A stretch of 19,556 nucleotides of DNA from Candidatus Krumholzibacteriia bacterium. Its GTDB lineage: Bacteria; Krumholzibacteriota; Krumholzibacteriia; LZORAL124-64-63. This document shows positions 6,758 to 14,933 of the stretch, piece after piece. The notes under the pieces were generated by a model. It did not search any database and was not told the origin of the DNA. It was given only the letters and a program-made list of their open reading frames with translations. Position 1 is the stretch's first letter. Every line of letters starts with the position of its first letter. Location of the stretch: positions 1-19,556 of the forward strand of contig JAWOID010000143.1 of NCBI GenBank assembly GCA_046484865.1, in the 5' to 3' direction. The position numbers were made by a program, and so were the translations under genes.

Positions 6758-8151
6758 GCTCCGGCCGCCTGCTCGTCGTCGCCGTCCAGGATGGTGCACC
6801 CGGCCGCCCGGCACGCGGCCATCGACCCGAGGGCGTCCTCCACCCGGTCGAACCCATGCTGCTTGAGGATGGCGGCGGCGACGATGGCCCGCTGGCCGCT
6901 GCCGCAGAAGGTGGTCACGGGGCGGCCACGGGGCACCTCGTCCACCCGGTGCGGCAACTCGCCGAGGAAGATGTGCCGGGCGCCCGGAAAGTGGCCGGCT
7001 GCGAACTCCTCGGGCTTGCGCACGTCCAGCAGGGTGAACTCGTCGCCTTCCCCGAACCGGTGCGCGAGTTCCTGCACGTGGACCGCGGCGATCCGATCGT
7101 AGGCGCGGCCGCTGGTCTCCCAGGCGAAGAGCCCCTCCTCCAGATAGCCGGTCACCGCGTCGAAGCCGAGCCGCCGCAACCGCCGCACCGACGTGTCCAG
7201 CTGTCGGGGTCCGTCCGCCACGAGCACCAGCGGCCGGTCGTACGGCAGCAGCCAGCCGGCGTAGTCCGAGAGCACCGTCAGCGGCAACGCCAGGCTGCCG
7301 GGGATGAAAGCGCCGGCGAAGGCCTCGGCGCTCCGGGTGTCCACCACCAGTGCGCCCTGGTCCACGGCCTCCGCCAGTTCCGGCGGCTGCAGGGGCCACG
7401 GCACCGGCAGCTCCGCCAGCGGCCGGGGGTTCCCTTGCTGGTTCAGCTCCTCCATGCGCCGGAAGTACGGCGGCTGCTGGTGCCGGGCCCCGGTCTGCCG
7501 GCGCACGAACTCGTCCCGATCCACCTGCAGCAGGGAGCTGTGCCGGCGCTCGTGGCCGAGCGTGGAGAACTCCCTCCGGGCCATGCCGCTGCCGCAGATG
7601 GAACCGGCCCCGTGGGCCGGATGCAGGATCACGTGATCGCCCAGCGGCAGCAGCTTGCGGTGGATGCTGTCGTACAGGTGGGCCGCCGCGTCGGCACCGC
7701 CGCCCAGGTCGAGGTCCGTGCGGCCGACGCTGCCCACGAAGAGCGCGTCGCCCGTGAACACGGCCACCGGGTCGTCGGCGGCCACGGCCGTGTCCGCGAG
7801 CGCCAGCGAGATGCTCTCCGCTGTATGCCCCGGCGTCTCCAGCACCGTCAGGCGCGCGTCCCCGAACTCGAACCGGTCACCATCGTCCGCCGGTTCGCCG
7901 TACGCGAACGCCCGGGCGCGCCCGTGCAGGATCGTGGCGCCGGTGCATCGCGCCAGCTCCTGCGAACCCACGACGTGGTCCTCGTTGCGATGCGTCTCGA
8001 AGATATGCGTGATGCGCGCCCCCTCGTGCCGGGCGCGATCCAGGTAGACCCCGACGTCACGGCGCGGGTCGATGACCGCTGCCTGCCCGCCGGCGCCCAC
8101 CAGGTAGGACAGGTGCGCCAGGCCCCCGGAGCGGATGGTGTGCAGGAACAT
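6754..8151 (-). CDS. MBL-fold hydrolase/persulfide dioxygenase-like domain + two rhodanese domains (CstB-like architecture), ~465 aa
   Basis: AHLSY, VIDPRRD, ETHRNEDH, TPGHT, FTGDALF, GRTDL and PAHGAGSICG. The middle rhodanese lacks Cys; the C-terminal one has FCGSGQRA. GGGGAGG SD before ATG at 8151. Confidence 0.88.
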   Translation of the reverse strand: MFLHTIRSGGLAHLSYLVGAGGQAAVIDPRRDVGVYLDRARHEGARITHIFETHRNEDHVVGSQELARCTGATILHGRARAFAYGEPADDGDRFEFGDARLTVLETPGHTAESISLALADTAVAADDPVAVFTGDALFVGSVGRTDLDLGGGADAAAHLYDSIHRKLLPLGDHVILHPAHGAGSICGSGMARREFSTLGHERRHSSLLQVDRDEFVRRQTGARHQQPPYFRRMEELNQQGNPRPLAELPVPWPLQPPELAEAVDQGALVVDTRSAEAFAGAFIPGSLALPLTVLSDYAGWLLPYDRPLVLVADGPRQLDTSVRRLRRLGFDAVTGYLEEGLFAWETSGRAYDRIAAVHVQELAHRFGEGDEFTLLDVRKPEEFAAGHFPGARHIFLGELPHRVDEVPRGRPVTTFCGSGQRAIVAAAILKQHGFDRVEDALGSMAACRAAGCTILDGDDEQAAGA

Positions 8152-8272
8152 GGATGGATCCTCCCCTCGAGCACGTTCCTCGACAATGAACGCGAGGACG
8201 CGCCCGGCGGCGAGGCGCTCGCCGGGAACCCGCACCGTGGATCATTCCGCTCGCGACCCCGTCGCGACGGGC

Positions 8273-9499
8273 TCAGCGCGCCAGCACCAGCTTCTGCACG
8301 GCCAGCGGCCGCCCGTCGACGGTCAGCCGGGCCAGGTAGACGCCGGAGGGAAGGTCGGTGGGCTGCCAGTTCGTGGTGACCACGCCGCTCACGGTCCGGC
8401 TGCGCCAGATCTCCGCCACCAGGCGGCCGGTCAGGTCGTACACGCAGAGGTCGGTGACCACGGTATCGGCCGCCTCGACCTGCACCGACGCGGTGGGATT
8501 GAAGGGGTTCGGCCAGGCGCGCATCGTGACCACCGGCCGCGCCGGCACCGGATCGGGCTCCGGGAACCGCAGCACCGCGAACACGGGCAGGTGGTCGGTG
8601 GCATCGTGGATGGCCTGGGCCACCGCCGCGGATACCGCCGCGTTGTCGCCGTCGATGATGACCTGGTTGAAGTGCAGCCCATCGTTGCCGAAGGCGGTGT
8701 AGGTGTCCGTCAGCAGTTCCACCCCTGAACCGTCCAGCCACACGTCGGACACCAGGATCTGATCGAAGCGATCATCCATGCCGCCGGTGGCTCCGCCGCC
8801 GAACTGGAGGGTGCGGGGGCTCTGGGTGTGAATGGCTGCGAAGTCCGCGTTGTTGTGCCAGTTGCCGGGTGAGTCGATGGGGTCGTACAACCGCCCCGCT
8901 CCCGCCGCCATCAGATGCTGATAGGCGGGCTCGGTGGAGGTGTAGATGTTGAAATCGCCCGCCACGATCACCGGCAGCTCCGCCGGTAGTCCGGCCAGGA
9001 ACGTGCGCAGCACGGTCACCTCTTCGAGCCGCCGCTGTTCCTCGGTACTGCCCTGGCTGGCCTTCAGGTGCAAGGTGAAGACACGGAACTCCAGCCCTGT
9101 TTCGGCTTCCTGCAGGTGCCACCAGTCGATGTCCCGCAGGTCGGTGTCCAGCCAGCCGGAGTTCAGCACCGTCACGGTACCGGTGCGGTAGAAGAGCCCG
9201 CGATCGGTGTCGTAGCCGTCGTGGAACGCCGCCACCTGCCAGCCGTCCGGCTCCATCTCGTCGAGGATGTTCGCCAGGAAGTCGTCGCGTCCCGGATACC
9301 CGATCAACTCCTGCACCACCAGCAGGTCCGGTCCGAGCGCGGCCAGCGCGGTGCGGAAGTCCGGCGCGCGCTCCGCCCCCGTCGAGCCGGGAAAGTTCAG
9401 CGCATTCAAGGTGCAGAAGGTCAGGTCGCCGGCGGCGGCCGGCAGGACCAGCAGCCAGAGCGCCAGGAAGAGCGAGAGGGGAAGGGTGGTCCGGCGCAC
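8273..9499 (-). CDS. Secreted endonuclease/exonuclease/phosphatase (EEP) protein with T9SS-type-A/FlgD-like C-terminal domain, ~408 aa
   Basis: Signal peptide ending PAAA. EEP motifs TLNALN, DLLVVQE, HLKAS, AGDFN, RFDQILVS and TDHLPV. The C-terminal domain reads AWPNPFNP...VYDLTGRLV...LPSGVYLARL...QKLVL. GAGGTG SD before GTG at 9499. Confidence 0.87.
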   Translation of the reverse strand: MRRTTLPLSLFLALWLLVLPAAAGDLTFCTLNALNFPGSTGAERAPDFRTALAALGPDLLVVQELIGYPGRDDFLANILDEMEPDGWQVAAFHDGYDTDRGLFYRTGTVTVLNSGWLDTDLRDIDWWHLQEAETGLEFRVFTLHLKASQGSTEEQRRLEEVTVLRTFLAGLPAELPVIVAGDFNIYTSTEPAYQHLMAAGAGRLYDPIDSPGNWHNNADFAAIHTQSPRTLQFGGGATGGMDDRFDQILVSDVWLDGSGVELLTDTYTAFGNDGLHFNQVIIDGDNAAVSAAVAQAIHDATDHLPVFAVLRFPEPDPVPARPVVTMRAWPNPFNPTASVQVEAADTVVTDLCVYDLTGRLVAEIWRSRTVSGVVTTNWQPTDLPSGVYLARLTVDGRPLAVQKLVLAR

Positions 9500-9551
9500 G
9501 TGGTTCACCTCGGGAGGAAGGAGCGGTTGCGTGGTTGTCGCCTCTGCCTCA

Positions 9552-9560
9552 AGGATAGCA
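9552..9560 (-). promoter_or_regulatory. Candidate extended -10 element (TGcTATCCT) for the EEP gene
   Basis: TGnTAnnnT pattern about 50 nt upstream of the start codon. No recognisable -35. Confidence 0.35.
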
Positions 9561-9628
9561 CACCGGCCTGCAGATTTCCTCCCCTGGCGCAGATTCGGTC
9601 TCGTAATCCCTGCTGCGAACGGACGACC

Positions 9629-9656
9629 CGCAACAATGCGCGGCAGCGACCGTCTA
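9629..9656 (+). promoter_or_regulatory. Candidate ECF sigma promoter CGCAAC-N16-CGTCTA
   Basis: AAC in the -35 and CGT in the -10 with a 16-nt spacer, 42 nt before ATG at 9699. The same pattern occurs at 11260-11285. Confidence 0.55.
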
Positions 9657-9698
9657 CTCCTGCCGACATTCCTCACCATGGACTGGAGGAGACGACTC

Positions 9699-11228
9699 AT
9701 GTTTCGCTGTTCTCTGCTCGCGACCGCTTTCCTGGCGTCGATGGCCGCCGGAGCCGCGTCCGCGGCGCCCGCGGCGAACGGCGCGGCCGTCGCCGACCTC
9801 GAGACGATGTACTGGCAGGGCCGATTCGAGGCGGCGGCAACGTGCGTCGCCGACGACGGCGCCACGCTGGAGCGGTCCGCGCGTCTGCTCTGGGTGGACG
9901 CCGTCGCCCGCGGCGGCGCGCCGTTCCGGGCCTGGCGCCTGCTGGCGCCGGAACTGGCGAGCGCCGGCGGTGACTCCGGCGCCATGCGCCCGGATGCGGA
10001 CCTGCTCGCCACCGCCGCCGCGGTCCACCTGGCGCTCGGCCGGCCGCACCGATCCGCCGAGTTCGTGGCCGCCTTGCTGGACCGGCATCCCGAGCACCCC
10101 CGCGGATGCGTGGCGGCCGCCTGCCTGGCCCTCTTCCAGCGCGACTGCGCGGCAGCCGCGGCCCACGTGAAGAACCTGCAAGCAAATGAGTTAGCCAAAG
10201 ATACGCCGCTGGCGGGGCAGCTCGAGCGCGAGACGGCCAGGGCCTGCGGCGATTCCGAGACGCTGGGCGCCGCCTGGGAACGGGCCGAGATCAAGGCCAC
10301 GGCGCGGGGCGATTCCGTCGGCGCAGACCGCTGGCGGGCGAACCGGGCCATGCTGGCCGCGCTGGGCGCCGGGCCGCTGTACCGCCTCGACGCGGCGGAC
10401 GACCTGGTGGAGGTGCCCCTGCACGACCGCACGCCGGGAGTGCCGTACAAGTGCTTCACCCTGGAACTGGCCGGCGAGTCGTTCGACGTGCTGCTGGACA
10501 CGGGCAACGCCGTGGGCTGGACGATCCACGAGCCGCGCCTGCTGGAGTTGCTGAGCTGCACCCGCGGCCGCTCGACGCAGATCCTCACGGGCTCGGTGGC
10601 CGAGGAGTTGCCCTCGCACGAGCTGGCCACGCCGTACCTGCCCCTCGGGCCGGGTGCGGCGGTGCACGACCTCGTGGGCTACTTCTTCGCGAAGCCACAT
10701 CCCGACTATCACGACGCCAACCTCAATCCGTACCTCCTGCGGGGCCGGGTCGTGACGCTCGACTTCGTGCGCGACCGGCTCATCCTGCGCTCGCCGGAGC
10801 GGTTCGCTCGCGATCTGGCCGCGGTCTCGCCGGCGCACCTCGCACGGGTACCGGTGGGCGGCCACGAGTGGCCATTCGTGCCGGTGACGGTGAACGGCGT
10901 CACCGATGCTCTGGCGATGATCGAGACCGGCGCCGAGGACCTCAGTTTGCGCCTGGAGTTTGCGCGCCAGGCCGGCATCTCCCTGACGCCGGCGGTGATG
11001 ACGTGGCGAGACGAGTCCCTGGACTATCACACCGCCCCGATCACGCTGCAGTTCGGGCCCCTGGCGCTGCACCGCGCCGCCGCGCCGGTCTGGCCGGTCC
11101 GCTTCCATGCCAACCTGTCGGGCCTGGCGGACCACGTGATGCTCGGTCCGGCCGCCCTGGAGGACCGGTTCGTCCTGAGTTTCGATGCCGAGGTGCGTGA
11201 GGCCGTCATCGAACGCGTGTATCCGTGA
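9699..11228 (+). CDS. Secreted protein: N-terminal helical (TPR-like) region + two retropepsin-like aspartyl protease lobes, ~509 aa
   Basis: GGAGGA SD and a signal peptide ending AASA. Lobe 1 has FDVLLDTGN, followed by VVTLDFVRDRLIL. Lobe 2 has PFVPVTVNG...AMIETGA, MLGPAALEDRFVLSFD. Confidence 0.72.
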   Translation: MFRCSLLATAFLASMAAGAASAAPAANGAAVADLETMYWQGRFEAAATCVADDGATLERSARLLWVDAVARGGAPFRAWRLLAPELASAGGDSGAMRPDADLLATAAAVHLALGRPHRSAEFVAALLDRHPEHPRGCVAAACLALFQRDCAAAAAHVKNLQANELAKDTPLAGQLERETARACGDSETLGAAWERAEIKATARGDSVGADRWRANRAMLAALGAGPLYRLDAADDLVEVPLHDRTPGVPYKCFTLELAGESFDVLLDTGNAVGWTIHEPRLLELLSCTRGRSTQILTGSVAEELPSHELATPYLPLGPGAAVHDLVGYFFAKPHPDYHDANLNPYLLRGRVVTLDFVRDRLILRSPERFARDLAAVSPAHLARVPVGGHEWPFVPVTVNGVTDALAMIETGAEDLSLRLEFARQAGISLTPAVMTWRDESLDYHTAPITLQFGPLALHRAAAPVWPVRFHANLSGLADHVMLGPAALEDRFVLSFDAEVREAVIERVYP

Positions 11229-11259
11229 CGTCGACCCGGCAGACGTGGCGACCGGTGGA

Positions 11260-11285
11260 TGCAACCGCCGGCCTCGACCTGCGTA
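11260..11285 (+). promoter_or_regulatory. Candidate ECF sigma promoter TGCAAC-N16-CGTA
   Basis: One mismatch from the SigW-type consensus TGAAAC-N16-CGTA, about 50 nt before the tricorn ATG. Confidence 0.55.
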
Positions 11286-11336
11286 GGTATCTCGGAATCG
11301 CCCCCAACCGTCGGTCCGCTTCCCTGAAGGAGTATC

Positions 11337-14300
11337 ATGAGAGCACGAGTCATCCTGACGCTCGGCGCCGTGATCGCGCTGACCGCCGCCGCCGGCGCCG
11401 CCGGGGCTGTACCGGCCTACTTCAATCATCCCGACATCCACGGCGACGACATCGTCTTCACCGCCGAGAACGATCTCTGGCTGGTGTCCGCCGAGGGCGG
11501 CTCGCCCCGGCGCCTGACCACCCATCCCGGCGCGGAGATCTTCCCCCAGTTCTCGCCGGACGGCCGCTGGATCGCGTTCAGCGGCCAGTACGACGGGAAC
11601 CAGGACGTCTACGTGATCCCGGCCACCGGCGGCGAACCGCAGCGGCTCACCTGGCACCCCGTCGGCGACGAGGTGGTGGGCTGGCTCGACGCCGAGCGGA
11701 TCCTGTTCCGCAGCAGCCGCAGCGACCCGCACGGCACGCCGCACCTGTACACCGTGGCCCGCACGGGCGACGAGCCGGTGGAACTGCCGCTGGGCTGGGC
11801 TGTGCGGCTGGACGTGGATCCGGAGACCGGCCGGTGGGCCTTCAACCGCAAGAGCCGCGAGACCTCCACCTGGAAGCGCTACCGCGGCGGCACCGCGTCG
11901 GACATCTGGGTGGGCCACCCTGAGCGGAGCGACTACCGCCAGATCACCACCTTCGACGGCATCGATCACTTCCCGATGTGGCACGGCGGTCGCATCTACT
12001 TCCTGAGCGACGCAGGCGGCACCGCCAACCTCTTCAGCGTCGCCTCGGACGGCAGCGACCGTCGTCGCGAGACGTCCTTCGACGAGTGGGACGCCGGCTG
12101 GCCGAGCATGGGCCCCGACGGCCGCATCGTCTTCACGCTGGCAGCCGACGTCCACGTGTTCGACCCGGCCGACGGCAGCGTGCGTCGAGTCGAGATCGAG
12201 CTGCCGACCGACCGCACCCTCGCACGGGTCCGGTATCCCAGCGCCAGCGCCTTCCTCTCCGACTTCGATCTCTCCCCCGACGGCGAGCGCCTGGCGGTGG
12301 TCACCCGCGGCGAGATCTTCTCGGTCCCGGTGGAGGAGGGCGTCACCCTGCCGGTGTCCCGTAGCGGCGACATCCGCGAGCGGCAAGCCAGCTTCGGCGC
12401 CGAGGGCAAGACCATCCTCTACGTGAGCGACGCCACGCACGAGGACGAGATCCAGAGCATCGACGCCTGGGGCCGCGGCGAACCCCAGACCGTGCGCAGC
12501 GCCTCCGAGCGCTGGATCAAGCGCCCGGTGGCGTCGCCCGACGGTTCGCTGGTCGCCTATGCCGACAACACGTACGGACTGTTCGTCGTGCCCGCCGGGG
12601 GCGGCAAGCCCCGCGAGGTGGACCGCGGCAGCGAGGGCGAGATCCACCAGTACGTCTTCAGCCCTGACGGCCGCTGGCTGGCCTACGTGAAGGCGCTGCC
12701 GTCCAAGTTCAACTCCATCTTCCTCTACGACACGAAGGAGAAGACGACCCACCAGGTCACCAGTTCGTATGCCGACCACGGCCACCCGGCCTGGGATCCG
12801 GAGGGCCGGTACCTCTACTTCGTGAGCGACTGCGCCATGAACCCCATCCTGGGCAGCCGCGACATGGCGGTGGTGGAGGCCAAGAGCGACAAGCTCTACA
12901 TGCTGCTGCTGCGCGACGACGTGGCGAACCCGCTGGCTGGTCGCGCCGGTCTGCCGCCGGAGGACGGGAACGGCGACGACACCGGGAAGAAGAAGGACGA
13001 CAAGGGCAAGGACGGCAAGGACGGCAAGGACGGTAAGGACGCGGAAAAGGACGACGGAGACGACGGCGCGGTGAAGAAACCGGCTCCCGTGGAGATCGAC
13101 CTCGCCGGGCTCACCGAGCGCCTGGTCGAGTTGCCGGTGGACCGCGGCCGCTACGGCATGCTCGCCGCCACCAAGACGCATCTGCTCTACGTCTCCCTGC
13201 CGGTGCAGGGCATGTCCGAGGCCCCCGGCTTCTTCGACGAGGCGCAGCCCAGCGCCAGCCTCATGACCTTCGACCTGAAGAAGAAGAAGTCCGAAACCTT
13301 CGTCGAAGGCATCAGCGGCTACGTGCTGCCCGTGGGCGGCGAGAAGCTGGCCGTGATGAAGAAGCGGGGCGAGATCTACGTCGTGGGCGCCGGTTCGCCT
13401 CCCGGCAGTGCGCTGAGCGAGGGCAAGGTGGACCTCTCCGGCGTCGTCGTGGAGCTGGATCCCCGCCAGGAGTGGGAGCAGATCTTCCACGAGGCGTGGC
13501 GCCAGATGCGCGAGTACTACTGGGACGAGGCGATGGGCGGCGTCGACTGGAAGGCGGTGCGCGATCGCTACGCCACCTTGTTGCCGCGCCTGTCCAGCCG
13601 CGACGATCTCACCGATCTGCTGGGACAGATCTTCGGCGAGATGAACACCTCCCACACCTACGTCTGGGGCGGCGATCGCAACGTGACGGTCGACCGGGTG
13701 ACGGTGGGTCTGCTGGGTGCCGATCTGCGGCGCGAGGGCGATGCTTACCGGGTGGTGCGCATCCTGCGCGGCGACACCGTGGACCGGGTGCGTTCACCCC
13801 TGACCGAGCCCGGCGTGGGCGTGAAGGATGGCGACTACATCGTGGCGGTGAACCGCATCCCCGTGACCGCGGACCGCCCGCTGCACGCGCGACTGGCCGG
13901 GTTCGCCGGCAAGGACGTGGTGCTGTCGGTGAACGACCGACCCCGTCTGGAAGGCGCGCGCGACGTCGTGGTGAAACCCCTGCAGACCGAGCGCGGGCTG
14001 CGTTACGCCGACTGGGTGCGCCGCAACCGCGAGTACGTGGCCGAGAAGACGGACGGCAAGATCGCTTACATCCACGTGCCGAACATGATGACCGAGGGCA
14101 TGGTGGAGTTCAACAAGTGGTTCTACCCCCAGCTCGACAAGGAGGGCATGGTGGTGGACATGCGCTGGAACGGCGGCGGCTTCGTCTCGCAGATGCTGGT
14201 GGAACGGTTCCGCCGTCCAGTGACGAGCTGGTCCATCTCGCGGGGCGGCGCCACCGGCACCTATCCCGACCGCACTCTCAACGGCCCGTTCGTCGTGCTG

Positions 14301-14687
14301 ACCAACGATTTCGCCGGTTCCGACGGCGACATCTTCCCCCAGGCGGTGCAGGTGGAGAAGCTCGCCCCGGTGATCGGCACCCGCTCCTGGGGAGGCGTCA
14401 TCGGCATCAGCAGCATGCGGCCGCTGGTGGACAACGGGCTGGTGACCAACCCGCAGGTGGCCTGGTGGGATCCGAAGGACGGCTGGGCGGTCGAGAACCG
14501 GGGCGTGATCCCCGATCTCGAGGTGCAGAACCCGCCGCAGGCCGTGGCCGCCGGCCGCGATCCGCAGCTCGACCGGGGCATCGAGGAGGTGCTGCGACTG
14601 CACAGCGAGCAGCCGCCGGTCAGGCCGGAGTTCGGCAAGATCCGGCCACGAGGCCGCGACGCATTCGGGGGCGAGTTGCAACCGTAG
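11337..14687 (+). CDS. Tricorn protease homolog (S41 family; beta-propellers with PD40 repeats, PDZ, catalytic domain), secreted, 1116 aa
   Basis: Signal peptide and repeated FSPDGRW motifs. WKRYRGG, MNTSHTY (catalytic His), RWNGGG, AGSDGD (catalytic Ser), GTRSWGG and VENRGVIPD. AAGGAG SD upstream. Confidence 0.95.
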   Translation: MRARVILTLGAVIALTAAAGAAGAVPAYFNHPDIHGDDIVFTAENDLWLVSAEGGSPRRLTTHPGAEIFPQFSPDGRWIAFSGQYDGNQDVYVIPATGGEPQRLTWHPVGDEVVGWLDAERILFRSSRSDPHGTPHLYTVARTGDEPVELPLGWAVRLDVDPETGRWAFNRKSRETSTWKRYRGGTASDIWVGHPERSDYRQITTFDGIDHFPMWHGGRIYFLSDAGGTANLFSVASDGSDRRRETSFDEWDAGWPSMGPDGRIVFTLAADVHVFDPADGSVRRVEIELPTDRTLARVRYPSASAFLSDFDLSPDGERLAVVTRGEIFSVPVEEGVTLPVSRSGDIRERQASFGAEGKTILYVSDATHEDEIQSIDAWGRGEPQTVRSASERWIKRPVASPDGSLVAYADNTYGLFVVPAGGGKPREVDRGSEGEIHQYVFSPDGRWLAYVKALPSKFNSIFLYDTKEKTTHQVTSSYADHGHPAWDPEGRYLYFVSDCAMNPILGSRDMAVVEAKSDKLYMLLLRDDVANPLAGRAGLPPEDGNGDDTGKKKDDKGKDGKDGKDGKDAEKDDGDDGAVKKPAPVEIDLAGLTERLVELPVDRGRYGMLAATKTHLLYVSLPVQGMSEAPGFFDEAQPSASLMTFDLKKKKSETFVEGISGYVLPVGGEKLAVMKKRGEIYVVGAGSPPGSALSEGKVDLSGVVVELDPRQEWEQIFHEAWRQMREYYWDEAMGGVDWKAVRDRYATLLPRLSSRDDLTDLLGQIFGEMNTSHTYVWGGDRNVTVDRVTVGLLGADLRREGDAYRVVRILRGDTVDRVRSPLTEPGVGVKDGDYIVAVNRIPVTADRPLHARLAGFAGKDVVLSVNDRPRLEGARDVVVKPLQTERGLRYADWVRRNREYVAEKTDGKIAYIHVPNMMTEGMVEFNKWFYPQLDKEGMVVDMRWNGGGFVSQMLVERFRRPVTSWSISRGGATGTYPDRTLNGPFVVLTNDFAGSDGDIFPQAVQVEKLAPVIGTRSWGGVIGISSMRPLVDNGLVTNPQVAWWDPKDGWAVENRGVIPDLEVQNPPQAVAAGRDPQLDRGIEEVLRLHSEQPPVRPEFGKIRPRGRDAFGGELQP
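13005..13040 (+). repeat. In-frame 9-nt tandem repeat GGYAAGGAC x4, encoding (GKD)4 in the charged tricorn linker
   Basis: ggcaaggac ggcaaggac ggcaaggac ggtaaggac, read directly. Confidence 0.9.
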
Positions 14688-14892
14688 GGTTTTCGGGCCG
14701 GCGCGGTCATGCGCGGCCGCCGCGGCGGCCGCGCGGATCGTGGCGGCGGCGCGGACCGCGACCGCGGCCGCTCGGAGCACGAGATCCGGCCGCCGGGCCA
14801 GGCGGTGGAGAGCGGGGCATTCGCGAGAGTGTCCCGCTCTCGCGTCGCGCACAGGCCATCTGCCGGCTCGGATCTGCCGGGCCCGAAAATCC
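14687..14892 (+). other. ~205-nt nested inverted-repeat element (structured 3' UTR/ncRNA or MITE/REP-like)
   Basis: Terminal arms TTTTCGGGCC (14690-14699) and GGCCCGAAAA (14880-14889). A 24-bp perfect palindrome at 14711-14734. Stem 14782-14792/14864-14875. A 15-bp hairpin with GCGA loop at 14808-14841. Confidence 0.5.
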
Positions 14893-14904
14893 GCCATGAC
14901 CCCC

Positions 14905-14933
14905 TTGAAATCGATCCAGGAAAGTGATAGCGT
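14905..14933 (+). promoter_or_regulatory. Candidate sigma70 promoter TTGAAA-N17-TAGCGT for the vWA lipoprotein gene
   Basis: The -35 is 5/6 to TTGACA, the spacer is 17 nt and the -10 fits TAnnnT, in a locally AT-rich patch. Confidence 0.65.

Noticed and set aside
8203..8226. GC hairpin downstream of the EEP gene as an intrinsic terminator
   Set aside because: There is no U-tract on the minus strand, and such pairing is expected by chance at this GC content.
149..8379. Long alternative ORFs (149-1429, 2098-3984, 2471-4027, 5432-7102, 6400-8379 and others)
   Set aside because: They overlap motif-bearing genes in other frames or strands and have the Arg/Pro/Gly-rich or antisense-type composition typical of GC-rich non-coding frames.
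9500..10630. N-terminal 377-aa extension of the EEP ORF (likewise the extensions of the PhoD, QC, MBL, protease and vWA ORFs)
   Set aside because: Downstream starts have an SD, a signal peptide or start/stop coupling. The extensions overlap neighbouring genes or intergenic elements.
10191..13655. 1154-aa minus-strand ORF
   Set aside because: Antisense shadow of the tricorn and aspartyl protease genes. High GC3 suppresses stops in this frame, and it has no recognisable motifs.
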